Program-made: the position numbers and the translations under genes | Source of the DNA: Fonticula alba ATCC 38817 | Lineage: Eukaryota; Protista; Nucleariida | Assembly: GCA_000388065.2 (NCBI GenBank) | Contig: KB932201.1 | DNA length: 64,000 nucleotides | Direction: 5' to 3' (one strand) | Shown: piece after piece, positions 1-15,689 of the stretch | Layout: each line of letters begins with the position of its first letter | Numbering within the stretch: position 1 is the stretch's first letter | The notes under the pieces: generated by a model | Database searches by the model: none | Told to the model about the DNA's origin: nothing | What the model saw: only the letters and a program-made list of their open reading frames with translations

Positions 1-16
1 CCCTCCCTTCGCTCTC

Positions 17-17
<1 letters not shown>

Positions 18-57
<40 letters not shown>
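18..57 (+). repeat. Poly-C tract (about 40 nt) upstream of the NDR kinase
   Basis: Homopolymer run, visible directly. Confidence 0.9.
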
Positions 58-59
<2 letters not shown>

Positions 60-250
60 GCGCTCTCCATCCCCGCCCCTGGCGCGATCTCAGCGCCGAG
101 TGACGCCGCCGTCTGTCGCCTCGTGCGCCGCCCGTGTCACTTCGAGCCAGTCGAAAGGACCCAGAAGACGAAGAAGCCGATTGTTCGCCGTGGGCCTGTC
201 CGCCTTCTGCCTTGTTTTCCCCTTGATCCGAATCTCCCTGGCCTTGCGCA

Positions 251-3626
<3,376 letters not shown>

Positions 3627-3823
3627 CGCGTATATCCATGTGCAGCTGCCGGTGCTCGGCCAGCATGCCATATGTCCTTGCAGTCCCCCCTCTTCCGCTC
3701 CTTTGTTTCCCCACAGTCCGAGTCCTTCCCCCTCCCCCCCCCCCTGCCTTTTCCCTCATCTGGACGTGTTCCTTGTACTATAGACAATCCCCTTGGATTA
3801 TTTGAGCGTATTTACCCATGCAG

Positions 3824-5055
3824 CTAAGTGATGGTGTTTGCATGTTTGGCGTGCGTGCCTGCATGCACGCCAGGGCCACGGGGTCGGATGGTGACTTTGC
3901 CAGCTCTCCCGACCGGCAGCCGGTCTTTTCTTCTCCTCCTTTGCCATCTAAAGTTTGGGTGTATTGGCGCGTGCGCACATGTGTCGTGAGGAGAAAAAAA
4001 AAAGGAAGCACGACGGAATGTACTCACCGCGGCCGCTTGAAGGTGTCTTGGGTGATGGCCTTACGCTGGCGGCCTTTGGACCTGCGTGCCGGACTGGCCG
4101 CCATGCCGCCCGAGGGAGTCAGTGTGTTTGGAGTGGTGGGCTCGCCCTGTGAGGCCTCGCCGGCCAGCAAGTCGAAGGGGCTCAGGGGGTCTGTGTGGCC
4201 ATCCCCCGGGGCCGGAGTCGGCGGCGGCGGCGGCGCCGCACTCCGGACAACTGTGCCTCCGGCTGCTTTGGGGCCTGGACGCGGCCGGACCGGGGTCCCC
4301 ATGCCGGGATGCGGGGTAGCCCGTTCGCCGGGGATCCCATGGCGGGGGAAACTCCCATCCACCGGAGTCCCAGACATCAGGCCATCCTCCTCCTCCTCCT
4401 CGGCTGGAGTGTCCTCCGGGCCGAGGGGCGTCTCCGGGCCGGCCTGCAAAGAATCCAGCGTCAACTGCGCAAGGGAGTCATCTGGAGACACATCGGTCGA
4501 GGGGGTGCGGATGGGAGAAAGAGGAGGCCGAGGCCGACCCGACCGGCCGGCGGGACTGCCCGCTCCGCGCAGCGCCGAGCCCTGTTGGGCGGTCGGTTTG
4601 GCGGGGGTGACAGTCTCGGAGGGGAGGGTCTTGCTGGGCGACGGCGGCTGGTGCGCCGCTGCCAGCGCTTGGGAGTCGCGGCGCGCGCCGGCCTCCTCGG
4701 TAGACACGCCGGCCGGCAGGCAATACCCGATGGCCTGGAGAGAGCAGGCGACCGCGCGATCGGCGGCCAGAATTGCCCCGAGCCCAGCCATGCCAATGGC
4801 CCACCAGAGGAAGGGCCTCATCCAGAGTTGGGTATCTGGCCGCAAGACCGGCGTCAAAAGGAACTGCGCCATGAGCAGGCCCGTGGCCAGGAGGACGCGT
4901 GCCAGGGCGGTACAGGCCTCCGGCAGGACATGGTCGGCTGGAGCCTCCGAATCGGCCGGCCGCCAGGCCACATGAGCCAAAAGAGCACCAACGGTGGTCG
5001 GCAGTGCAACAATACCCCAGAAGGCCCCAGGGGTCGCGGGGAGCCACACCGCCAT
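3824..5055 (-). CDS. Hypothetical membrane protein: about 3 N-terminal hydrophobic segments and a long S/T-P-rich disordered tail
   Basis: ORF from 5055 (MAVWLPATPG...) ends exactly at a GTGAGT donor (4027). A TAG acceptor at 3949-3948 gives a short basic last exon, 3947-3824. No family recognised; the second exon is tentative. Confidence 0.6.
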
Positions 5056-5921
5056 GGTTATGCTTGGAGGTGCTTAATGTGGCGTGTGTGTTCAGAGGCG
5101 TAAAGGTGATTCGAAAGGCGGCGGAGGGGGTGGTGATGGGGGGAGGGGGGAGGGATGTGTCAAGATGCCCGAGAGGGGAGCCCGAGAGGCGCGGCGGGGG
5201 CTGCTTTAGGTCCCTCACCTGCCCGGGTCTCCGGGGCCCGCCGCAGTCTGTGACCAGCACTAGACCCCGGTGGGGATTTTCGCCGGGAGCCGCAGGGTGC
5301 TGGCGCTCTTTCCGTGGTGGTGCGGGGGGGGGNNNNNNNNNNNNNNNNNNNNNNNNNNNNNNNNNNNNNNNNNNNNNNNNNNNNNNNNNNNNNNNNNNNN
5401 NNNNNNNNNNNNNNNNNNNNNNNNNNNNNNNNNNNNNNNNNNNNNNNNNNNNNNNNNNNNNNNNNNNNNNNNNNNNNNNNNNNNNNNNNNNNNNNNNNNN
5501 NNNNNNNNNNNNNNNNNNNNNNNNNNNNNNNNNNNNNNNNNNNNNNNNNNNNNNNNNNNNNNNNNNNNNNNNNNNNNNNNNNNNNNNNNNNNNNNNNNNN
5601 NNNNNNNNNNNNNNNNNNNNNNNNNNNNNNNNCGCGAGGGAGCACCGGGATTCGACAGGAGCATCCCCTCGGTCCGCGGCGGGGCCAGAGACGTATCGCT
5701 GTCTCTCGGTCCGCCCGCTGCGCGACGAGGGCGTGTGCCTGCAAGGTGGTCTCCGCAGCCCCAGGCCGGGGAGACGCTGGGCGAGCATCTTGCCCCCCCC
5801 CCCCCCCCTGCCTCCACATGCTTGGCCGGTCTTTTTTTTTAATCCTCGGAGGGCGGGGGACGCTGTTGTTTCAGGCAGGAGAAATTGAGCGTAGCCAGGG
5901 GACAGCATCACGCCGGGGGGA

Positions 5922-5931
5922 ATCACCCCAT
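5922..5931 (+). promoter_or_regulatory. SRE-like motif ATCACCCCAT upstream of MPDU1
   Basis: Perfect RTCACSCCAY match about 310 bp upstream of the ATG, with a partial copy ATCACGCCGG at 5907-5916. About one chance hit is expected per window. Confidence 0.2.
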
Positions 5932-6240
5932 CCGGAGCGGATCGCAAAGCCCCACAGTGCCAACGCATTCGTCCGACTGTGGGGAAACTTTGCCAAGGGG
6001 CCTTGCGCTGGCGGCCATCCCGCGCTGGAGGAGGGGAGGGGGGCGGGGGCTATGTCTGGATGTCGCTACCCTGGACGCATGTGCGGGTCCTCACAAATGC
6101 GAGGGCAACGCCTTTCGCCGGGGCGAGCGCCTTCCCGCCACACCCATCGCTCGGTCGCCCGCCCTCCCGCCCGTCTGTGCTTTTGCCTCCTCCCCCGCTT
6201 GTCTCGGGGCTGCCTCCTTTTCCCCGTCGAGCCGTCAGTC

Positions 6241-7260
6241 ATGAGTGACGGGATTCACGCCGTTGGCCACCTGCTCCCCCCAGCTGGGGTGGCCCTCTTT
6301 GAGATGCTCCTCGGCAGCGAGGAGTGCACTCGGGTTTTCCTCCTTAAGCGCGACTTCAGTACGTCGCGCTCGACTGTCCCGGCTGTTCTTGTGCCGCTTC
6401 TTCCTCCGAGCTGGGTCCTGTGAAACTGACACCGTCGGCTCGCGCTCCCTCCCTCCCCTGCCCGCCCACGGCAGCCGACCCGGTCTGCCTGTCGCTCATG
6501 CTGAGCAAGTGCCTCTCCTATGCCATGCTCCTGTCTGGGGCCATCATCAAGGTCCCGCAAATCCTCATTATCCTGAAGAACCGGCGCGCGGCCGGGCTCT
6601 CGCTCATGTCTTTGGTCATGGAGCTGGTGTGCTACTCCATCTCCATCACCTACAGCTACCGTCGTGGGTTTGCCTTCTCCAGCTACGGCGAGACCGCTCT
6701 GATTGCCGTGCAGGATATCTCCCTCATCTTCCTGGTTCTGGCCCTGTCCAATCGCCTTGGTTTGCTGGCCCTTTCGCCGGTGCTCCTGGGTCTGTGGGGC
6801 GCCTTCATGTTCTTTGCCACCGGTGACATGCTGAAGCTGATGCAGGTGCGACTTGCAGCCGGCCATATGCGCACAACGCCCCGCCGCTTGCCCATCGCCA
6901 TCTTCGCCTGTCGTGCTCACATCCATCGCCTTCCAATTTGGCTCCCCCCTGTCCCTCCTTTTCCTGGGCCTCCCCCCGATGAACAGAGCGCCACCATCCC
7001 TGTTCTCCTCCTGAGTCGCCTGCCGCAGATCATCAGCAACTTCCGGAATGGGCACACCGGCGACCTGTCGGCCATTGGTGTGTTTGCCTTCTGCATTGGT
7101 CCTCTGGCGCGTATCTTCACCACGCTCAAGGTGCGTGGGGCTTCCCCGGCTCGTTCCCCTCACTCCCATCGTCACACTGTGTTTGTTCGTGTGTCTGTCG
7201 GGTTTTTTTTTCTCTCTCTCTCTCTCTGCCTTCCCCTTGCCTCTCCCCCTTTCACACACA

Positions 7261-7292
<32 letters not shown>

Positions 7293-7452
7293 ACGACTCA
7301 CTCGCCCTTGTTCCGTGCCTACCCACTCGCAGGAGGCCAACGACCCGATCATCCTCCTCGGCTTTGCCCTGAGCCTCCTGGTGAATGGCACCCTGGCCGC
7401 GCAGATGATTTATTACTGGAACAGCCGCCCGGCCGCCCAGAAGGAGGACTGA
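6241..7452 (+). CDS. MPDU1: Mannose-P-dolichol utilization defect 1 protein (PQ-loop family), 4 exons
   Basis: Exons: 6241-6358, 6475-6845, 6987-7130, 7333-7452. Two PQ motifs (IIKVPQILII, SRLPQIISNF). Also GLSLMS, FSSYGETALIAVQD, GHTGDLS and ARIFTTLKE, which match MPDU1. Confidence 0.93.
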
Positions 7453-8334
7453 TCCGCTGGCACCTACGCATAAGGGCGTGACAAACCGGCTGGACGTAGA
7501 GCTCCACGAGGTGGATCACGCGACACAACACAGTGGAATGTACCTGGCCTGCCTGGCCCCGGCTCCTTGTGCACCCCGGCCGCGGGGCGCTTCCTTCGTC
7601 TTTGCAACACAGGGAACAAGGGGGGAAGGGATGGGGGGGGGGGGGCGGACCAGCGGGCCGCCGCGCGACTGGCCCGTGGACTTGATCCGGGTGCATGCAT
7701 GTGGAGATGTGTGCGGGTGTGCGGGCGTGCGGGTGTGGCGAGTTCGTAGGTCCGGGACGGCGGGGCGGAGCATCGGTATCGGGGCTACGTCGGCCCAAAT
7801 AGACTTGGCCATTGCTGGGCCCTTCCAAATGTCGGTCGTTCTCGTCTCCCGCCGGCCCCCCCTGCCCTGCTCTCTCCGTGGCGATCTCGCCATCATCCAT
7901 CTGTACAGACCGAGGAGTACGCATTAATTGGCGTGAGAATACGAGGCATCTTGCGAGGGTTCGCCGACCTGCTGCCGCTGGATCTTTGTCTGCTGCCTCG
8001 TTCCCGCCCCTCCTGCTGCCAGGGCGCTTGCCTGGCTGGCGGAGGAATGTGCACACGCAGGGGGAGAGCACCAGGGCCACTGTCGTGGTTGATGGCAGAG
8101 TTGTCATTCTGTTGCCCAGGGGGCTGCCAGCGCAATCGACCTACCAGGGGCGGAGGTGCCGGGGAGAGCTGGGCGCGGCCGACGCCCTCGCCGAGCAGTT
8201 GATGCCCAGTCGATGGCCCAAGGACTCTGGCCCAGCCCGAGCTCGGGCCGGCAGCCCGAACCCTGCCCCGGCATGATGAACAAACAATGGGCCGGGGGGA
8301 GGGGGGCGGCCAAAGAGCGGATGGGTGAGCGAGC

Positions 8335-8365
<31 letters not shown>

Positions 8366-8873
8366 AAAAAGAAGAAGCCACATGCCGCCCCCCCCCCCCC
8401 CCCCCCCTTTCAGCCCGAGGAGCAGCCCCTTGTTGTCTCCGTCGTCCCGAGGGGCCGAGCCCTGTCTCCTCACCCCCCCCCCCCGGGCGCGGGGAAGGGG
8501 GCGGGGGTCGAATGAGGTGCCAGGGGGTGTACGCGGGGCATTTGAGCCCCCCCCCCCCCCCCCCCGGTGTGCCGGAGGACTTCTCGACTGGGGGGACCAG
8601 GGGGTGGTAGACAGTGTGAAGGGCCGCCGAGATCCCCCCTTGCCTGGGGCGCCGCCAGCGCTCTTTCTCAATCCCTTCCCTTCCCCCCCCCCCACTCATT
8701 TCTCAACAAGCTCCCCGGGCGCCCTCTTTCCTGCTCCTGCTCTTCTCCGCCGAGCCCGCGCGCCACATCGCTGTANNNNNNNNNNCCCCCCCGCTCGGTC
8801 ACTTGGTTTCCTCCCTCCACTTGCATTTCTCTGGCTTTCGGTGCTCGGCTTCTGCGCTTTCACCGCCGCCATC

Positions 8874-11849
8874 ATGTCTACCCCTTCGCCGGGCGCCGAG
8901 CGCCCGCGCACTCTCTACGACACAGCCTTCGAGGCTGTGTCCATGGTGACCCGGACTCTCTCGATGTTCTTGCCGAGCTTTGTCGTGGACACCTTCATCC
9001 CCCCGGCCTCTGCCACGACGGCCGTCTCGTCCACGGATGACCACTTCCACGATGCGTCGGAGGGCAGTTCCATTCCCCGGCGCCCTCGGCGCCAAACCCC
9101 CTCCCACTCATTGACATCGCTGCTGCGCACCCGCCTGAGCACGGCCCTCGGTCCGATGCTGAAGGCCGCGCGTCGGTCCAAGGTCATGTCGCGCATCCTC
9201 CCCCCGCAAATGCGCCGCATGTACCTGGAGCCTTTCCCCGAATTCGCCACCCTCCCTCGGCCGAGCCGCCACGATTTCGAGCAGGCCGCCGACCCGGATG
9301 AGGCCTTTTCCGAGGCCCTGGCCAAGTCGTATCCCTTCATGGCGCGTGATGACCCGAACAGCAACCTCGTGCTGATTGCCCGGCCCAATCGCCTGGAGCA
9401 GTGGATCCAGCGTGGCATCACCTTCGATGTGCCGATTGTCAAGGCGGCCTCCTTCTACAAGCTGGTCGAGCGAGTCACCTACCCGAACTATCCGGACCCG
9501 GAGCTGGTCGAGGCCTTCCTCCTGACCTACCGGTCGATTGTCACCCCGGCCGAGCTGATGGAGGCCCTCATCTGGCGGTACCATGTGCCGGAGGCCGATC
9601 CGGCTTTCAACCCCAAGGACGGCTATGCGGCCGAGGATTCCAATGAGGAGTTGAACCTCGATGAGATTGGCCTCGACATTGACCTGTCCCAGCTGGATGT
9701 CTTCCTGGCGTCGGAGCTGGCCGAGGAGGATCTGCGCGTCATCGGTGGCGATGGCGTCCAGGCCTTTGACAGCACGGCGGACTTGGTGTTCAGCTCGCTC
9801 GGTGTCCCGGCGGCTGGTAGCCAGGCGCCTGCCCTGCCGCCGCGTGCCATCGCCATCCAGGTGCGCGTGCTGAACCTGATGCGCGCCTGGGTGCGCGGGT
9901 ACTGGAGTGACTTTGTGGCCGGCGAGGATGCCGGCACGCGTTTGCAGGAGCGCCTGACGGTCTTCCTCCGGGAGAAGGTCATCGCCCTGGATGGCCGGTA
10001 CACCCGACTGGCGGTGAATCTTCTGAAGCGCATCGATCAGCAGCGCCAGGCCTACGAGCGTTGCACCGTGCCGTTGCTGCTGCAGCAGGAGATGCCCTTC
10101 CACGATCGCGATGAATGGGACGATGAGACGCGCCAGCCGCCGGCCGGGGCCACCGAGGCCGAATTGGATCTGTGGGCCCTGAACCCGGTGATGACCATGA
10201 ATGAGCGTCTCTTCGGTGCTCCGCTGAATGTGACCCCGGCCCAGGTGGCCGTGCAGCTGACCCTGCTGGAGGCCGAGCTCTTCCGGCGCATCGCCCCGCA
10301 TGAGCTCAAGATCGGAAGAGCGTCGTGATGTGACCCCGGCCCAGGTGGCCGTGCAGCTGACCCTGCTGGAGGCCGAGCTCTTCCGGCGCATCGCCCCGCA
10401 TGAGCTCCTTGGCCGGGTGTGGAAGCGCGCGGCCCCGACCGCTGGTGACTCTCTCCACCTGGATGCCATGATTGCCCATTTTAACCGCGTCTCCGAGTGG
10501 GCCTCTCTCTGTATTCTGGCCCCGACCGACTCGGCCGGGCGCGCGGCCATGATTAAGTTCTTCATCAAGGTGGCTCAGGCGTACCGGCGGCTCAACAACT
10601 TCAATGGTGTCATGTGCATTCTCGGCGCCATGGAGAGCGCTCCGGTGTATCGCCTCAAGGCATGGTCGGTGCGTGCTTCTCCCCCTCAGACCGCCTTCTC
10701 TTCACCTGCACGATCTGTGCCTGGCCCTTTTCCGCCATCCCGCCCCCCCCCCCCCCCCCCTCCCCACTGTCTTTGCCTGGCTTTTTTGCCCTTGCCCGGA
10801 TCTCTCCTCCCCATGTGTAAAATGTGACCACGGTCTGACGGCTTATCCCCTCCTCTCCCCGGCCCCCCCCCCTCTCTCGCCTTCGGGCCCCACAGCTCCT
10901 GTCGGCCAAGCGCACCAAGGCCGTGGCCGAGATCCGCGATCTCATGACCTACACCAACTCCTTCCGCAACTATCGGAATGCTCTGCGCACGTGCAACCCC
11001 CCGTGCATCCCCTACCTGGGCCTCTACCTGACGGACTTGACCTTCATGTGCGATGGCAATCCCGATACCGTGACCCGCAAGTCCCGCAGCGTGTCCTCTT
11101 CGCAACGGGGGTTCTCCACCGAGGCGCCGTCCACGCCGGTTCGCGCCGGTGGCCCCGGGTCTCCGGGACCCTCGGCCATGCTGGCCAGCCCGGGTACCGG
11201 TGCCTTCGACGCGCCGGCCTCTCCCAGCCCGATGGTTCCTCCTCGGACCCCCCCGCGTTCGGCCACTACCTCCACCGGCATCGGTGCCGGTCGGCCGATG
11301 CCTGCCTTGCCCTTCTCCCCTGCCGGGTCGGATGGCAGCCCCAGCGGGCCGATGACCCCGTCGCAGGTTCGCCAGGCGTCGGCCGCCGCCGCCGCCGCCG
11401 CCGCTGCCCGGCCCTCGGCCGCCGGCGAGCTGGCCTCCCCGACCCCCTCCCTCGTGGGTGCCAGCACGCCGGCTCGTGGTGCGGCTTCGGCTGCCGGTGA
11501 GGAAACCGCGCCGGAGACCCCGGCCGCCGAGGAGTTCATCGAGCATGAGCTGATCAACTTCGAAAAGCGCCGTCTCGTGGCGCGGACCATCAGCGAGATT
11601 CGCCAGTACCAGAACTCCTGCCAGTATGTGTCTTCCACGCCGGCGGCCCTGCAGGCGGCGGTTAACAAGCGCCAGTCTCTGGCCTCCTCCGGGGACCAGG
11701 TGCCGGATGCCGACCAGCTGGACATGCTTCCCTCGACTTTCCTGCAGCAGGCCCTCATCCGGGTGCTGGAGCGCGCGCATCGTCTTGACGAGGATCGTGT
11801 CTTCCGGATTTCGCTTTTGCGTGAGCCGCGGCAAAGCTCCCGCAAGTGA
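8874..11849 (+). CDS. Ras guanine nucleotide exchange factor (REM + CDC25 domains), 2 exons, interrupted in the assembly by an adapter artefact
   Basis: REM: KLVERVT..AFLLTYRSIVTPAELMEALIWRY and VRVLNLMRAW. CDC25: VAVQLTLLEAELF, FNRVSEW, LNNFNGVM, PCIPYLGLYLTDLTF..DGNPD, LINFEKRR. Intron 10669-10895. Removing 10308-10407 (100 bp) restores one frame. Confidence 0.92.
10228..10407 (+). repeat. Perfect 80-bp direct duplication (10228-10307 and 10328-10407), probably artefactual
   Basis: ATGTGACCCCGGCC...CATGAGCTC occurs twice, separated by one A and the adapter. Confidence 0.93.
10309..10327 (+). other. Illumina TruSeq adapter fragment AGATCGGAAGAGCGTCGTG embedded in the assembly
   Basis: Exact 19-nt match to the start of the standard adapter, lying between two identical 80-bp copies. 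Confidence 0.95.
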
Positions 11850-12228
11850 TGAGGCCCATTGTTGGCTGCTCCTCCTCTTCCTCCTCTTCCTGTCGCCATC
11901 CCACAAGCACCCTCCCTCCCGGCTGTTGACCTCCCCCCCTTGCCAGGAGGGAGGGTGCGTGTCCTTCTTATCTTCTCTCTCTCTCTCTCTCTGTTTCCTC
12001 CCAGTGTGCCTGATCCTTTTGCACCTCGGGCGTGCCTGTTCAAATATGACATTATAGAATCTTCTGCAGGCACACGCCGTCCCTCACTTCTCCTCCTTTT
12101 TCGAACTTGTCTGCCTGGGGATTGATGTGGGTTTTTTTTTATTTCATTCCTCTCGCCAGCCAGCCGGCTCTTCGCTGAAGAGGGGATCATGTAGCCTGGG
12201 AAGGAGGGCTCTTCCCCTCCCCAAGGCA

Positions 12229-15200
12229 TCATGACTCTTCGTCACGACGCTGGAAGAAAAGAATGTAGGCGCTCGGATCCTGAAGTGGCCAGCATGTGTT
12301 AGTAAATTGCCAGATGGGGCGGATAGTTGGCTCCCGCGTGAGCTGCTCCTCTTCCAGGTGAATTCCCTCCGCCACGGGAGACATACCACGAGTTCGCTTT
12401 CGGAGACCCAGCCGGTCCGGGAGTCATCAAACTTGCGCCATTGTCCGGTGAAGGGATGGCGTGTATGGGCAATGTCTGCGAGAGACAGCATGTCAGGGGG
12501 AGGCACATGCGAGGGCAGAGGGGGGAGGGGGGCGAGGGCGGAAAAGGGAACAGGCAGGAGGAGAGACAAGCCCCCCAAACATACAATGGCCGGAGCTGGA
12601 GGTGCCGTAGTGGTTCTGGAGGCAGCGAGCCAGGGGGGCAAAATGGTGGCATGAGTCATAATGGTCCCAGGGAGAGAGAGAGAGAGAGGGCTGTTCCTAG
12701 GGGAGGAGAAACGGAAAAGCCCATGCCAGAAGGTGAGGAAAAGCGGGTCGCAGCGTACGATCGTGGCATAGAGGTCATAAACCAGGGGGTGCTGGTTCGC
12801 CGAGGGGGGAAGATACTTGGAAATGTCCCAGCCACTGGGGGCACCGGCGCAGATATGCACAGAAGTCAAGTGGCCAAGTGCGAAGGAGCCCCAGAGAGAA
12901 GGAGAAGAGGCGGTGGGTCAGCAGGGTCAGCAAATACAAGAACAGGGCGTATGAGGAGCCCCAGGTGGCGAAAGGCAAGCAAGGGGGAAGGACAGTGGCA
13001 GCACCCGGTGTGTGCACGAACTTGACAGCAAAGGCAACCAGCTGCGACAGCTTCTGGCGCCAGATCGAGTTTCCCGAGGAAAAGCGATTCAACTGGATGC
13101 ACAGATACTTGGGCAGCTGTGGCTGCTCGATGGAGGGTTGTGTCCCCGGAGCGGAGAACTGATGAACAAGGTCCAGCTTCTTGGATGCACGCCGAGGGCG
13201 CTTGCAATTTGGGCAGTTCCTGGCAGGTATGACAGCCGGGGCATGGGGTTAGAAAGTGCCAGGAGTAGTAGGGAGGAAAAAAACCCAAGCATTGGTTGTT
13301 TTTTTTTTCTTTGACCAGGCAACGCACCAAAGTTCGGTGTCCGAAAGAACCTCCGGCCGAAGAAACTCATTCAGGCAATCGTCCAGGGAGACAGGCTCCC
13401 GGGAACTCCGCGGAGGGGGGATCGGCAACGACAGCGACTGGAAGGGGGTGTATGTGGTGGAGGTCTGGAATGGGGATGGAAATAAAAAAAAAGACACATG
13501 CAGGCGAGGGAGTGTGGCGTTGGTCAGTGTCGGGGCCATTTGGGGCAGAGCATGGAGGGGAATTGCGACAGCAGGAGGGGCGGCACAGAGGGGGACCCAG
13601 GGGAACATACCATGCCGCATGAATGGCACGACAGTTGCGACTGTTGCAGGCCGTGAAAGTTGGACACGATCGGCGAGTAGTTCCGACGAAGGTGGTTTAC
13701 CCAAGATTGGGTCAGGGTGGCACTGGGGGCTGTTCCATCCGGGGCCGAAGTGCCACTGGCGGTCAGGCGCGGAAGCCGCAAGTCCTCCGGCCGATTCATG
13801 TCCTCATGCAGCACATCAAGCAGGAAGCTCAAAAACTCCTGGGCGTCATGCTGATCGTGCCCCTCGAACAGGTCGCAATGCCGATCGAAGACATCCTTGA
13901 AGCTCTGCGGGCAAACGGCCCCGGAGCTGCGGCCAGTCCAGAGCTCGGAAATCAGGACCGCAAATGCACGGGTAACGATGTTGCGCTTGGACCCGAGGAT
14001 GGTGCTGGGGTTGAGATATTGCTCGAAGGAGCGCTTATCTACCAGCAAGGCCACGCAAGAGGGGGGCGCATGCATGAGGTCAAGAGAGGGAGAGAGAGAG
14101 AGAGAGATCGATGAAGGAATTGGAAGCAAGGGGAGCAGGGGAAGGCGGGTCAGCAAGGTGGCGCCGATCAAGGCACGCCGCTGTGACCGGAGTAGGAGGC
14201 TCAAGGACGCACCAAAGAAGGGACGCGAGATCTTCAGCGAAGCGGACAGGCACTGGATGACGCTGTTCATGTAGCAGGAGTTGCCGATGTTCCGCAAGCC
14301 AACCATGCCCCGGGCCAGATCGATATCCTGGCTGTAGGAGCCGCGAGAGGGCGCATACACCGGGGTGGGCGCATAATTCTTCTGGTCCGCGCGCTTGACC
14401 GCATCCATGGAGTTGCTCCGACGCAGACGGCCGGGAGTGATGGGGGGAGCAGTCGCCGAGGAGGAGGCCGAAGCCTGGGCCGCGGTCGAGATGGGCGCCG
14501 GGGCCAGGGCCGGAGCCGAGACCGAGGGCGTGGGCTGAGCCCCGGGAGGTGGCCCAGCCGGCCGGCGGACCAACTCCCGAGAATCGGCCACCGGCTGGAG
14601 GAAGAGATTCAAATTGGCCTGGGTCCGAGCGCTCGAGTAGTATGGACCCGGGGCCCCGGTGGAGGACCCGGAGACGGAGGCGGCCGCCGGGCGCGATGCG
14701 AAGTCTGAGGAGGAAGGGTAGAGGGCCGAGCCCCGGGGACCGGCCGGCCTGCTGGGCGACATGGATTCCGGTTGGTGGAAGAAGCGCACAGGTTCCGGTG
14801 CCAGGATGGTGCTGCGGAGGCGCTTCTCACCACCGGCAGCCAAGGCACGAGGGGCGTCCTCACCCCGGGACAGATGCTGCCGATGGGCACTGGCCGTGTG
14901 CTGAGTATGCGTCATATCCTCCGGGGGATGGCCGGGCCCGGACCGGCTGGCGGGGGCTCCCTTCTGCAGGACGGAAGTCCGAAAGGTGGGCGGGGGCTCA
15001 AGCCCGCCGGGGTTCGAGCCAGCCGAGGCCATGGCCACGGGCGGGGGACCGCCCTGCGTCAAGTGCATGAAGCCACGAGAGCCACCGGTCAGCAACAAAA
15101 TCGGTCGACCTTGAAGAAGGGTGATGATTTTCTCCGCGGCTGGCGTGAGCTCCCCACTGGCGGTGGCAATGAGGTAGATGAGTTTCTTGGACTCCAGGGA

Positions 15201-15645
15201 GGCTGGGTCGAGGGCCGCAAATTGCGCCATCAGTCGGCTGATGGCCGGCAGGGAAAAGGAATCTGCCCGGTGGCTAAACAGGTCAGTCAGCGAGTGGACA
15301 TGGCTGACAACGCCGGATTGCTGCAGCAGAATGGTCCTCGAGCAGTTGCTGTTGGGGATCACCGGGCGGGAGTGCTGATCCAGCCGATCCACCAGCTCGA
15401 AGACCACGACCCCCAATTGGGAAGACTTGCTGCTCAGCAAGTTGACAAGCTTTGCTGGGTCGTAGGGTTTCTGGTGGATGGGAGGGACGGAAAGAGGCAG
15501 GGAATGGGCATGGGTGGTGAGCATTTCTTCGACTGCTTCCAGGAGGAGGGGGGTCGCGGGACAAGAGGAAGGGAGAGGGGGAGGGAGAGGGAGAGCGAGA
15601 GCGAGAGCGAAAGCGAGAGAGAGGGAGAGGGAGAGGGAGAGCGAG

Positions 15646-15689
<44 letters not shown>

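Noticed and set aside
4725-5055. Orphan membrane protein as Erg28
   Set aside because: Only vague hydrophobic similarity; the Erg28 motifs (e.g. ARTFGTW) are absent.
8874-11849. RasGEF as a pseudogene or two genes
   Set aside because: The frame break coincides exactly with an Illumina adapter and duplication; all motifs are intact after removal.
12299-12386. USP C-terminus read through as ...GANYPPHLAIY
   Set aside because: Splicing GTATGT...TACTAAC...CAG gives the canonical SAYILFFQRR ending, so this segment is intronic.
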